Translations under genes and position numbers: made by a program
Shown here: piece after piece, positions 38,758 to 48,483 of the stretch
Layout: each line of letters begins with the position of its first letter
Position numbering within the stretch: position 1 is the first letter of the stretch
Notes under the pieces: model-generated
What the model saw: the letters and a program-made list of their open reading frames with translations, nothing else
Database searches by the model: none
Told to the model about the DNA's origin: nothing
From: an uncultured Planctomycetaceae bacterium
GTDB lineage: Bacteria; Planctomycetota; Planctomycetia; Planctomycetales; Planctomycetaceae
NCBI GenBank assembly: GCA_963815195.1
Contig: CAWFGE010000007.1
Coordinates: forward strand, 256,001 to 320,000
Reading direction: 5' to 3'
Length of the DNA stretch: 64,000 nucleotides

Positions 38758-40903
38758 TGGCGCGTGAAGTTGCTTGGAAACCGATGGGTGATAATGTCCT
38801 CATCGGCACCGAAGTTTCGCGGCTGGACGGCGTCGATAAAGCCTCCGGCTATGCGAAATACAGTGCCGACATCAACACGCCCGGCACCTTGTACGCTCTC
38901 GTCCTGACTTGCCCCCACGGTCATGCGACGGTGAAGAGTTTGGACCTTTCGGCGCGAAGAAAAGCCCCGGCGTGAAGGCGACCCACATCTTTAACGATAC
39001 CGGGGCGGAACTGTTTTGGGATGGGGCGCTCGTCGCCGCCGTCGCCGCGGAGACGCTCGAACAAGCCCAGGACGCCATTCGGGCCATCAAGGTCGAATAC
39101 GAAGTCCTCGAACATTTCGTGGATGAAGACGACCTCCGCGGCGCGGAAGTCGCCAAGCGGACGAAAGAACCGCAGGAATCCAAGAAAGGCGATGTGGAGG
39201 CGGCTTTGAAAAAAGCCAAGGTCGTCCACAAAGGCCATTATGGGATTCACACCATCACCCACTGCTGCATGGAGCCGCACGGCTCGCATTGCGAGTGGAG
39301 CGAGGACGGCAACGGTGTCCTCACCGCGCATCTTTCGACGCAAAACGTGTCGGGGACCGGCGGGCAGTACGCCGGGCCTTTGGGCGTGGATCAATCGAAG
39401 GTCACGATCATCTGCAACTACATCGGCGGCGGGTTTGGTTCCAAATTCGCCGTGGATGAGTGGGGCGTGGCCTGCGCCAAAATGGCCAAAGAAGCCGGCC
39501 GACCGGTGCGGTTCCTGCTCGACCGGGCGACCGAGTTGAAATCGGCCGGGCAACGGCCTTCGGGCTTTGCCGATGTCACCATCGCCGCCGACGCCAACGG
39601 CCGGATCACGGCGTGGGACAGCGTGCACTGGGGCTCGAACGGCATCAAAGGCGGCACCGTCGCGGTGAGCCAGTATCCCTACGTGTTCGATTTCGAGAAC
39701 CGCAACCGCAAGGCCATCGGCATCGAAACCAACACCGGCGATTCCCGCGCCTGGCGGGCACCGAACCATCCGCAGCTTTGTGCGATGACCTGCACGGTGA
39801 TTGACGATCTGGCCGCGAAGCTCGAAATGGACAGCTACGACGTGTTCATGAAGAACCTCGACCAGACTCCGAAAGCCGATGTCTATAAGGCCGAGATGGA
39901 GATCGCCGCCAAACTCATCGACTGGAAGAAGAACTGGCATCCCCACGGGAAAGGCGAGAGCAAAGGGGGGATGAAGCGCGGACTCGGAATGGCCCTCCAT
40001 ACCTGGGGCGGCCGGGCTCATGCCGGGAGTTGCACCGTGAAGGTCAATCCCGACGGCACGGTGGAATCCACCTCCGGCAGCCAGGACATCGGCACGGGCA
40101 CGCGGACGGTCATCGCCATCGTGCTCGCCGAGACCTTCGGCATTCCCGTGGAGATGGTGAAAGTCAATATCGGCTCCAGCAAGTATCCCCGCTCCGGTCC
40201 GTCCGGCGGGAGCACCACCGTGGGCGGCGTGAGCGGCCCCAACCGCCGAGCCGGCTTGGAAGCCCTGTGGAAGATCTTCGATCTCGTCGCCAAGAAGTAC
40301 AACGTCAATGCCGACGACCTCAAAGCCGACGGCGGAAAGATTCTCGCCGGCAGCAAAGTGGTGTGCACTTGGAAAGACGCCGCCCGGCTCACCGGGCCGA
40401 TGGGCCTTGAAGTCCAAGGCCAGGGACCGAAGAACGACGGCCTCACGTCCGACGGCGTCGGCGGCGTGCAGATGGCCGACGTTTCGGTGGACACCGAGAC
40501 CGGCAAGATCAAGATCAACAAGCTCGTGGCCGTCCAGGACTGCGGGCTGATCATCGACCTCAAAACCGCCGAGAGCCAGGTGCTGGGCGCGTTAATCATG
40601 GGCATTGCCTATGCGATTACCGAAGAACGCATCATGGACAAGAAGACGGGCCGGTTCATCAATGCCGACCTCGAAAATTACAAGCTGCCTCGCCTAGGCG
40701 ACATCGGCGAACTCGTCGTCGAGATGTACCAGCCCGAAAGCGAGTACAAACGCGGCGTGATCGGGCTGGGCGAACCGCCCGTGATTTCCCCCGGCGCGGC
40801 GATTTCCAACGCGGTGGCCAACGCCCTCGGCGTGCGGGTTCCCGTGCTTCCCATGACCCCCAAACGCGTCCTCGATGCGCTGGAGAAAGGAGGTAACTCA
40901 TGA
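38757..40903 (+). CDS. Xanthine-oxidase-family molybdopterin-binding large subunit (PaoC/YagR-like), frameshift near 38952
   Basis: TAATG coupling; RLDG-DKASG-AKY, H-MEPH, STQ, IGGGFGSK, WRAP-HPQ, QDIGTG, SGGS, DCG-I, Y-LP and GLGEPP. Confidence 0.9.
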
Positions 40904-41901
40904 GACCCTTTGAGTATGCCAGTCCGCGGACCGAAGCAGGAAGCCGTGGAACTTCTAAACGACCACCAGGCCAACACCGCCGTCCTTGCCGGCGGGACGG
41001 ACCTCATCAACTTGATGAAACAAGACCTGCTCGCCCCCGCGCGGGTCGTGGACATCAAGAACATCGACAGCCTGAAAACCGTCTCCGCCGACGGCGACGG
41101 CGTTCTCGTCGGCTCGTTGGTGACCTTGGAGGATATGAAAGACAACCCGCTGCTCGCCGACTATCGGTCGCTGATCGATGTCGTGGACGGCGTGAAGTCG
41201 ATTCAGATCCAATCCATGGGCACCGTGGGCGGCGATTTGTGCCATCTGCCCAATTGCTGGTATTTCCGCAATGGATACGGGCTGTTGGGACAAGACAACG
41301 GCGAGTCGCTCGTGGCTGCCGGGGACAATCGCTACCACGCGATCTTCGGTAACTCTGGCCCCGCCAAGTTTGTCTCCGCCACCCGCTTCGGGCCGGCGCT
41401 GATTGCTTGGGCGCAAAAGTGCGGATCGCGGGACCGAAGCCCGATCAGGTCACGCTGCTGCCTTTGGAATACTTCTACGTCACTCCCAAGACGCAAAAGC
41501 AAGGCATCACGGTGCTCTCGCCCGGCCAGATGATTACCCATCTCTGGCTGCCGCCCGCGAAAGCCGTTCGCTCGGCGACCTATGAAGTGCTGGAACTCGA
41601 AGGTCTGGACTGGCCGCTGGCGGCGGCTTCCGCGTGTCTGGAAGTGGACGGCGGGATCGTCCGTGGCGGGCGGATTGTGCTCGGCCACGTCGCCCCCACG
41701 CCTTGGATTTCCGAAGCGGCGATCCGGGCGATCCAGGGCAGGACCATCTCCGAAGAAACCGCCGAACAGGCGGGCGAAGCGGCGGTCGCCAACGCGACGC
41801 CGCTCAAAGACAACCGTTACAAAGTCCGCCTGGCCCGAACCGCGGTCAAACGCGCGGTGCTCAAGGCGGCCCTACAGTTGAACTTGGAAGGAGGTGCCTA
41901 A
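40900..41901 (+). CDS. Xanthine-oxidase-family FAD-binding-type subunit (PaoB/YagS-like), frameshifts near 40935 and 41410
   Basis: ATGA coupling; MRPFEYA, LAGGTDL, VVDIK, GTVGG, CWYFR, NRYHAIFG, VLGHVAPTPW and PL-DN-YKV. Confidence 0.88.
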
Positions 41902-41904
41902 GCC

Positions 41905-42135
41905 ATGTCCGAGAAGAATCCCGAACTCGAAATCCTCGATACCACCGGCGAGCGCTGCCGGCATCTCTTGTCTAAGGGCCTGTATATCAACTGGGGCCTG
42001 CCGCCCGGTGAAGAAGCCGCGGGCGATGGCAACTTCTGGTGCGCCCACACGCAAACCATCTTCGGCCCCGACAAACAAATCTGCGACAAAGACCCCTGCT
42101 GCAACCCGACCCGCAGCTGCTACGAAGCCCCCTAA
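41905..42135 (+). CDS. Small six-Cys protein, last gene of the Mo-enzyme operon
   Basis: GGAGG RBS inside the previous gene end; 76 aa with CRH, FWC-HTQ-FGPD, C, CC and SCY; host-like codon use. Confidence 0.75.
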   Translation: MSEKNPELEILDTTGERCRHLLSKGLYINWGLPPGEEAAGDGNFWCAHTQTIFGPDKQICDKDPCCNPTRSCYEAP

Positions 42136-42406
42136 AGGCGAGCAGACCAACCTGCGGTCGGTGCCCGCGTCAGCCCCCTGGTTACTCTAAACGTTTTTTC
42201 AGCGAGCTTTTTTAAGTCTGCAAATTACCGGCCAGCTTACACTGGCCGCTCGCCTTCAACAAAATGCCCGTCGGAGTTTCGGCCCCGGCGGGCGTTTTGG
42301 CGTTTTGGATTTCGCAGCGAACGTTCCTTGACGGTTCCGCGTGCGGTGAACAGAATGAAAGAGTGTAGAGCCCGTCATTCCCATCTTCAAACTGGAGGAT
42401 TTTCCG

Positions 42407-43075
42407 ATGCGTTTTGGACTTTTGGCCGCGGCCGCTCTGAGTTTGGGTCTGTTGACCAATGCCCGCGCCGCCACCATTGAGGGCGAATATCTCGAAGCCC
42501 GCACCTGCAATGTTTACACCGGCCCCTGCTTTGCCAACGGCGAAATGGGCATGGCCGGCAAAGAAGCCATCCTCGCCTGGAAAGTCGATCAGGGCAGTTG
42601 GAACGAAACCGCCTTAGACGGCCTGGGCGTCGCGCTCGTCGTCACCGCCGACAGCACGCTGGGCGACGACGGCGTGTTCGGCATGGAAACGCCCGAAACC
42701 AAGTCCGTGATCCTCGTCGATAAAAACGCCAGCGAAAGCCAAAAGAAAGCCCTCGTGGCCTTCGTGAAAGACTCCGCCAAGAAGCTGGCGAAGAACGTGG
42801 TTCGCATCGAAGAAGTCCCCTTTACTTTGGAAAACGACCATGTGGACGCCAAGGGCATGTTCGCGGCGGGCAACATCGCCAAGATCGAAACCCGCAAGCT
42901 CAAAAAAGGCGACTGCGTGTGCAGCAACGAAATCGTGTATTATCAACCGCTGACCAAAGTCGAAAACTTCCACCCCGCGTTTTCGCTGTCGAACAAATTC
43001 CAGGGCAAAGGCCTCCAAAACAACTGGTCCGCCGGCGGCGAACGCAGCGCCTTCCTCGCCACGTTCCGCCGCTGA
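42407..43075 (+). CDS. Secreted DUF1326-like putative metal-binding protein
   Basis: GGAGG RBS and signal peptide; GEYLEARTC-VYTGPC, W-V-G-LDGL, VD-A-QKKAL and YY-PL motifs. Confidence 0.7.
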   Translation: MRFGLLAAAALSLGLLTNARAATIEGEYLEARTCNVYTGPCFANGEMGMAGKEAILAWKVDQGSWNETALDGLGVALVVTADSTLGDDGVFGMETPETKSVILVDKNASESQKKALVAFVKDSAKKLAKNVVRIEEVPFTLENDHVDAKGMFAAGNIAKIETRKLKKGDCVCSNEIVYYQPLTKVENFHPAFSLSNKFQGKGLQNNWSAGGERSAFLATFRR

Positions 43076-43101
43076 TTTCTTTCGGCGATCTAAGAAACTT
43101 G

Positions 43102-43137
43102 AAAACGGAACCTCTTTTGCGGGGGGTTCCGTTTTTT
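43102..43137 (+). terminator. Intrinsic terminator
   Basis: AAAACGGAACCTC...GGGGTTCCGTTTTTT hairpin with T-tract. Confidence 0.7.
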
Positions 43138-43315
43138 GTTTAAGCATTCGAACGCAAAAAGCACAGCGCGGCTGAGCCGCGCTGTGTCCTTTGCGTTCGA
43201 ATCTCAAGAGCGGTCCACGGACTGGTGCGGGGATTGTTCCCTGGGTATGGTATGAAGACGATCCAATGGGATCCCGCTTTCCCGATTTCATACCACGACT
43301 GGAGAGGAACACATC

Positions 43316-43978
43316 ATGCGCTTAAATGGTTTGCCTTGGGTTTTGGGTTTGCTGCTCGTTTCGGGAACGATTTCCGCGGAGGACAAAGACGGCTTTATGT
43401 CAATGTTCGACGGGAAAACATTGGACGGTTGGGAGCAGAAAAACGGCACGGCCACTTACGGTGTAGAAGACGGCGGCGTCATCGTCGGCAAGACCAGCGA
43501 AGGCAGCCCCAACTCGTTTTTGTGCACAAAGAAAAACTACGGCGATTTCGAGTTGCTGTTTGAAGTGAAGGTCGATGATGAGCTGAACTCCGGCGTGCAG
43601 ATTCGCTCGGTCAGTAAGCCTGATATCAAAAACGGCCGCGTCCACGGGCCGCAGGTGGAAATCGCCACCAACGGCACCGCGGGGTTCATTTACGGCGAAG
43701 CCCTGGGCACCGGCTGGCTTAGCAGCGACGAAGCCCGCGCGAATCCCAAAAAACAAGCCGCGTTCAAAAAAGGCGAGTGGAACAAATACCGCGTCGTCGC
43801 CCAGGGGAAGGCCATCAAGACCTGGGTCAACGGCCAGCCCGTCGCCGATCTGGTCGATGACAAAACCGGGATGGAGTCGGGCCGAATCTGCCTGCAAGTC
43901 CACGGCATCAAAAAAGGCGCCGGCCCTTACGAAGTCCGCTGGCGAAGCATCAAGCTCAAAGACCTTTCGCGGAAATAA
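43316..43978 (+). CDS. DUF1080 (3-keto-disaccharide hydrolase family) secreted protein
   Basis: Signal peptide; FDGKTLDGW, YGDFEL, NSGVQIRS, GEWN-Y, G-I-LQVH and V-WR-I motifs. Confidence 0.88.
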   Translation: MRLNGLPWVLGLLLVSGTISAEDKDGFMSMFDGKTLDGWEQKNGTATYGVEDGGVIVGKTSEGSPNSFLCTKKNYGDFELLFEVKVDDELNSGVQIRSVSKPDIKNGRVHGPQVEIATNGTAGFIYGEALGTGWLSSDEARANPKKQAAFKKGEWNKYRVVAQGKAIKTWVNGQPVADLVDDKTGMESGRICLQVHGIKKGAGPYEVRWRSIKLKDLSRK

Positions 43979-43996
43979 ACTCGCGGCTCGCCCGTG

Positions 43997-44049
43997 AAAA
44001 AACCGAGGCGGACCACCGGGAAATTTTCCCCGTGGTCCCCTCGTTTTTT
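43997..44049 (+). terminator. Intrinsic (possibly bidirectional) terminator
   Basis: A-tract, long GC stem-loop and T-tract immediately after the DUF1080 gene. Confidence 0.6.
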
Positions 44050-44280
44050 ATTCGGCCGGCAAATTGAGGAGAACCCCTATCAGCCCGAAAGGAAATGCGA
44101 GCGGGCCAGAATTGTTGAAAATCGTGCAATCGGACTAAAGCCACGCCCGGCGAAAAAATCCCGGCTCCAGCGCGGAGAAGCTTTGACAACCGGGTTGCCG
44201 CCCCGATTCGGTGAAATAATCTTGCGGTAATCCGTTTCCCCGTCTCCTTGGGCGTTCAAAACTAACGAAAAGGGTTTTCC

Positions 44281-44472
44281 ATGAAGTCCGATGCCGAAAC
44301 TCGTTCCCCGCTGTTCAACTTCCCCGTCCTGTTGGCCCTCACCGCGATTGTTTGCCTGGTGATTTATCAAGTGTTTGGCTTGAACACCGCGGCGGCCGTG
44401 GCGTTTTGCTCGATCCTCTTCACGTGGTGCGCCCTGCGGCGGAAACCCCAAAACGCCGCCGAAACCAACTGA
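44281..44472 (+). CDS. Small two-TM hypothetical membrane protein
   Basis: 63-aa ORF with two hydrophobic segments, convergent with the next gene. Confidence 0.55.
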   Translation: MKSDAETRSPLFNFPVLLALTAIVCLVIYQVFGLNTAAAVAFCSILFTWCALRRKPQNAAETN

Positions 44473-44489
44473 GCGATTGGCTCAATGGT

Positions 44490-45872
44490 TTAAGGAGCCA
44501 GCCGCACCGGGGTCAGGGAGCGGACGACGATGTTGTCCATCCGCAATTCGGGGCGATAGCTTCGTTGGCCGTAGAGGCCCATCGCTTTGCCGACGTAAGG
44601 TTCCAGATTCAAGCCGCGAACGGGCTGCAAGTACGCCAGCACCTGGCCTTGGGGCGTAATCAGCACATAGGCGGGCGTGCCGGCCCCGGCGGTCGCGGCC
44701 CGCTGCACGATGCCCGCCCCGTCGAAGCGGGGAACCGGCTGTGCGGATTGTGACGGCGGCGCGGGATCGGGTTTCCGTGGGATGGGCTCCACCCCCGGAA
44801 GCTCCACCGGATCGGGAACCTGGGTCTGGGCGAACGGATCGGGAATCGGAACCAACGGCTCGTCTTCCGCGGGCGTCGGCGTCGGAGTGGATTTTGTTTG
44901 CTGCTGTTGAATGGACATCAACTGCGCATCCCGCTTGCGGGTCTCCGTGGTGAGCTTGACCAGCGCATCGTAGCCCTCTTTGATTTTGCGATACCGGTTG
45001 ATCGCATTAAACCGGAGGTCAATCTGGCTGGCGAGGGCGGGGAGAGCCGCGTCCTGTTGAAGCTGGCGGTAGCCCTGTTCCAACGGGGCGAACGACCAAT
45101 CTTCGGTCCGGCCGTTGACCATCGTGCGGAACGCCGTGTCCAATTCCTCGAGCCGCTGATGCTGGGCGGCAAGCACGTTCGGATCGGGACCGCTACGCCT
45201 TACGGCGGGTTCGCCGGCGGGCTGGTTCCGCGAGGATTCGAACACATTCATGTTCGCCGACTGCGGCGGCTTGGTTTGGGTTACTGCGGAATTGGGTGCC
45301 GCCGGCGGGGCCTGTTTCGCTTGGGACGGAATCGCAAACGGATTTTCGTCCTGCTGCTGGCGGACGATCTGATTCACCGGCGTGATGTACTTCCCGGAGA
45401 CCCAGCGGTATTCGCCGATCGGCGGGGAGATCTTGTAGTGAGGCACCTGCCCGGCCGGCGTGGAGAGCACTTTCTCTTCGAGGATTTGCACCTGGTCGTT
45501 TCTGGACAGCCGAACTTGCTCGACCTCGCGGGTCTCATCGCCGAAAGCACTGCCTACGCGGACGACGACGTTGTTTTCGGCGATCGTCCCGCGATTGGGA
45601 GCGGTTTTTTGAACGTACTCGGCCCGGATCCAACTGAAGCTCCCGGGCGGCGGGGCGATCATGTACCACCCGCCGGGATCGTGCCGATGAACCGTGACCC
45701 GCGTGCCCCGGTTGAGTTGCCCCGTGGGATAAAATTGCTTGCCCGGGCCGCTGCGAACGTAGGCGGCGTCCGATTCCACCAATCCTTCATAAGGGAACTT
45801 TCGAATTTGCGCCGAGAGGGGACTGAGCATCAACAACAACGCGCTCGACCCGAACAGCAAGAAACGCAACAT
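44490..45872 (-). CDS. Secreted SH3-domain-containing protein
   Basis: GGAGG RBS and signal peptide; VRSGPG-YPT-L-G-V-V, W-I-PP-GSFSW, and a second SH3-like repeat (YKISPP-GEYRWV). Confidence 0.75.
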   Translation of the reverse strand: MLRFLLFGSSALLLMLSPLSAQIRKFPYEGLVESDAAYVRSGPGKQFYPTGQLNRGTRVTVHRHDPGGWYMIAPPPGSFSWIRAEYVQKTAPNRGTIAENNVVVRVGSAFGDETREVEQVRLSRNDQVQILEEKVLSTPAGQVPHYKISPPIGEYRWVSGKYITPVNQIVRQQQDENPFAIPSQAKQAPPAAPNSAVTQTKPPQSANMNVFESSRNQPAGEPAVRRSGPDPNVLAAQHQRLEELDTAFRTMVNGRTEDWSFAPLEQGYRQLQQDAALPALASQIDLRFNAINRYRKIKEGYDALVKLTTETRKRDAQLMSIQQQQTKSTPTPTPAEDEPLVPIPDPFAQTQVPDPVELPGVEPIPRKPDPAPPSQSAQPVPRFDGAGIVQRAATAGAGTPAYVLITPQGQVLAYLQPVRGLNLEPYVGKAMGLYGQRSYRPELRMDNIVVRSLTPVRLAP

Positions 45873-46285
45873 CGAAAACCTCCTCGCCCCGCGCGGCGAT
45901 TTCGGAAAATCTGACGGGAAATGGTGAAAACCGGCCTGGTCAATCGGGAAATTGAGTCCCGACGGCCCATCGCACCGGGTGAAATCGCATCCGGGCGGTC
46001 GGCGGCGTCGGTGAGAGAATTGGAGAATGGATAAGAAGCGGGTTCTTACAGAATTTTCAGAATCTCCTCAAGATCGGTCTCGAAAAAACCGACGCCCGCC
46101 GGCAAATTTCGCCGTTCGCCGGCTGGAAATGCCGAAAAACGGCTCGGAACCGGCCCGGCCCCGTGCTTGCGATCGGCATTTCGCTTCGCGAGAATGAAAC
46201 GATCGGCCGCCCGAAAGCGGGCATTGTCTCGAATCGCCGCGGACGCCCCGATTTCGCGTTTTGCTCCCTTTTTCCCTTCCAACTC

Positions 46286-46855
46286 ATGCGACCTCGCGTA
46301 CTGATTCTTCCCCTCTCCGCCGTCGTGATCGCGGGGTTATGTGCTTACAAGCTCTCGCAGTCGGAAGAACCGCCGGATCCCGACCGTTCGATCGTGCTCA
46401 CTCGCCAGGCTCCGTTTTTCGAGCTGTACAACGACCACAAGCCGCCGCAGTTGGTCTGGCTCAAAAGCTACATCGGCCGGCACCGGATCGTGCTCGTGTT
46501 TTTCGATCCCCAAACCGGTTTGAAAGGCGATCCGGCGCTGGTGTGGCTTCGCCGGCACGCGGGCGGCTTGCACAGCCGGAACGTGAAGGTGTTCGCCATC
46601 AGCCAGGCCCTCCCGCAAACGCACCGCAAAATGCTGAAAGCATGGCTCGCCGACGACGAGGAGCCGCCGTTCGAGTTCCTCACCGATTTGACGGGCAGCG
46701 CGCACCGGGCTTACGGCCGCTTCGACGAGAAAACGAAAGCCCTCCTCACGGGGGTGTTCCTCATCGACCGGGCCGGCAATCTGCCCTGGGACGAAAGCCA
46801 TCCATTGCCGCTCGAGCGCCCCTTGGAGGCACTCGAGCACGAGTTCTTGGAATAA
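46286..46855 (+). CDS. Redoxin/peroxiredoxin-fold membrane-anchored protein lacking the catalytic Cys
   Basis: AP-FEL, IVLVFF, VFAIS, PF-FL-D, YG and VFLIDR-G give the Prx fold; no Cys in the soluble domain. Confidence 0.7.
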   Translation: MRPRVLILPLSAVVIAGLCAYKLSQSEEPPDPDRSIVLTRQAPFFELYNDHKPPQLVWLKSYIGRHRIVLVFFDPQTGLKGDPALVWLRRHAGGLHSRNVKVFAISQALPQTHRKMLKAWLADDEEPPFEFLTDLTGSAHRAYGRFDEKTKALLTGVFLIDRAGNLPWDESHPLPLERPLEALEHEFLE

Positions 46856-46978
46856 ATCATCGGCTCGGCAGGCTTTTCTCTTTTGGCGGGTTCGGTACAC
46901 TGATAGGAAGGAATTGATAATTCGCAAACTGGTTGCGCGAAGCATTTTCGTTTGGGGTCTTTCTGAGGAATTTCGATT

Positions 46979-47554
46979 ATGATCAAGTGGATTGTGTGTG
47001 GGGCGATTTTGGGGATGGGGCTGTTGCAATCCGCCCGGGCGGACGAGAAGACCGAGGATTCCCCCGTGCTCAAGCACAAAATGAATTCGCTGGCCGGCAA
47101 GCCGGTGGACCTCTCGCAGTACAAAGGCAAGGTGCTGCTCATTGTGAACACCGCCAGCCGCTGCGGAGCCACTCCGCAGTACGAAGACCTCCAGGCGCTT
47201 CACGAAAAGTACTCCAAAGATGGCCTCGTGGTCTTGGGCTTTCCCTGCAACCAGTTCGGCAAGCAGGAGCCGGGCGACTCGAAGCAAATCGCCTCCTTCT
47301 GCAAGAAGAACTACGGCGTGACGTTTCCGATGTTCTCCAAGATCGAAGTCAACGGCGACCGGGCCTGCGACCTTTTCAAGTACCTCACCTCCAAAGAGGC
47401 TTACCCCGACGATTCGGGCAAGGTGAAGTGGAACTTCGAGAAGTTCCTTATTAACCGCGACGGCAAAGTCGTGAAGCGGTTCCGCACCGGCGTCAATCCC
47501 CGCTCGAAACCCGTGATCGAAGCGATCGAACGCGAGCTGAAAAGCGATTCGTAG
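46979..47554 (+). CDS. Glutathione peroxidase family protein (Cys type, signal peptide)
   Basis: YKGKVLLIVNTASRCG, LGFPCNQFG-QEPG and WNFEKFLI motifs. Confidence 0.93.
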   Translation: MIKWIVCGAILGMGLLQSARADEKTEDSPVLKHKMNSLAGKPVDLSQYKGKVLLIVNTASRCGATPQYEDLQALHEKYSKDGLVVLGFPCNQFGKQEPGDSKQIASFCKKNYGVTFPMFSKIEVNGDRACDLFKYLTSKEAYPDDSGKVKWNFEKFLINRDGKVVKRFRTGVNPRSKPVIEAIERELKSDS

Positions 47555-47566
47555 ATGGAACTCTCT

Positions 47567-47636
47567 GGTGGCTCAGACATTCCTGCCTGTGCCGAAACAT
47601 GGCGATGATCTCCGCAGAGAAGAATGTGTGTGGCAC
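47567..47636. repeat. REP-like element, family C
   Basis: GGTGGCTCAGACATTCCTGCCTGTGCC with a degenerate inverse arm; matches 11264-11334. Confidence 0.6.
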
Positions 47637-47648
47637 GTTCGTTCCAAG

Positions 47649-47680
47649 AAGCCCGGCCTTTCCGAGACGCCGGGCTTTTT
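47649..47680 (+). terminator. Intrinsic terminator
   Basis: AAGCCCGGC...GCCGGGCTTTTT stem-loop with T-tract. Confidence 0.6.
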
Positions 47681-47698
47681 GTTTTTTGAAAGCCTGCC

Positions 47699-48328
47699 AT
47701 GACGACCGCCGAGAAATCTTTGCCAAAACAAACGACCCGCCGGGCTCCGTTGGGGATTCCGCGGGGCAGCATTCGGGCGCTGCTCACGATTCTCGTGGTG
47801 GCGTTCATCGTGGTCCAAACCGCGCGGGGCAAAGACATCGGGCTGTTGTGGTCGGAAACTTTGATGATCATGCTGGCCCACTATTTCACGTCCCGGCGGT
47901 TTGTGGAGCTGCCGCGGGACCTGCGGGAGCAACTCGAAGCCGAGGGCAAAATCCCCGCCGATCGGCAACCGTTGTATTTGCCCAAGCACACGATTCGGGG
48001 GCTGATCGTGCTGTCGTTCGCGGGGTTGGCCTGGTACTTGTACCGGGAAAGCCGGTTGATGGAGCCTCGATCGCTCGCGATCCTGGGCACCGTCGGGGCC
48101 TACTTCTTGGGGATTCTGGCCAAAATCGTCACGGGCTGGTTTAGCCAAGAGGGAACCGCCCGGCCCGCCAACTGGTGGGACGACATGAAGGCCCTCGCGA
48201 CGCTGCTCATCGTCGCCGCCGCCATTGCGGTCGAGTTTTTGCACCTCCAGGACAAACTCCCCTTCACGCAGAATCAACTGGAGTCCACGACGCTCGGATT
48301 GATTCTATTCTACTTCGGCTCCCGCTAA
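47699..48328 (+). CDS. Hypothetical membrane protein with internal duplication
   Basis: About six TMs; repeated PLG/YLP-SIR-L motifs; ends in FYFGSR. Confidence 0.75.
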   Translation: MTTAEKSLPKQTTRRAPLGIPRGSIRALLTILVVAFIVVQTARGKDIGLLWSETLMIMLAHYFTSRRFVELPRDLREQLEAEGKIPADRQPLYLPKHTIRGLIVLSFAGLAWYLYRESRLMEPRSLAILGTVGAYFLGILAKIVTGWFSQEGTARPANWWDDMKALATLLIVAAAIAVEFLHLQDKLPFTQNQLESTTLGLILFYFGSR

Positions 48329-48483
48329 CCCTGGACGCACTCCGCCTCAGGTGCATAATGAATTGAAGACGCCACGCGGGGAACTTCGCCCCGAGGTGTT
48401 TTGGTGATTCGGATTTGGGATTTGTTTCGGATTTCGAGATTCGGATTTTGTTTAGAACGGGGCAACTTAAAGGAGAATTGGTG

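Noticed and set aside
46979..47554. Selenocysteine-containing glutathione peroxidase
   Set aside because: The active-site codon is TGC (Cys); there is no in-frame TGA.
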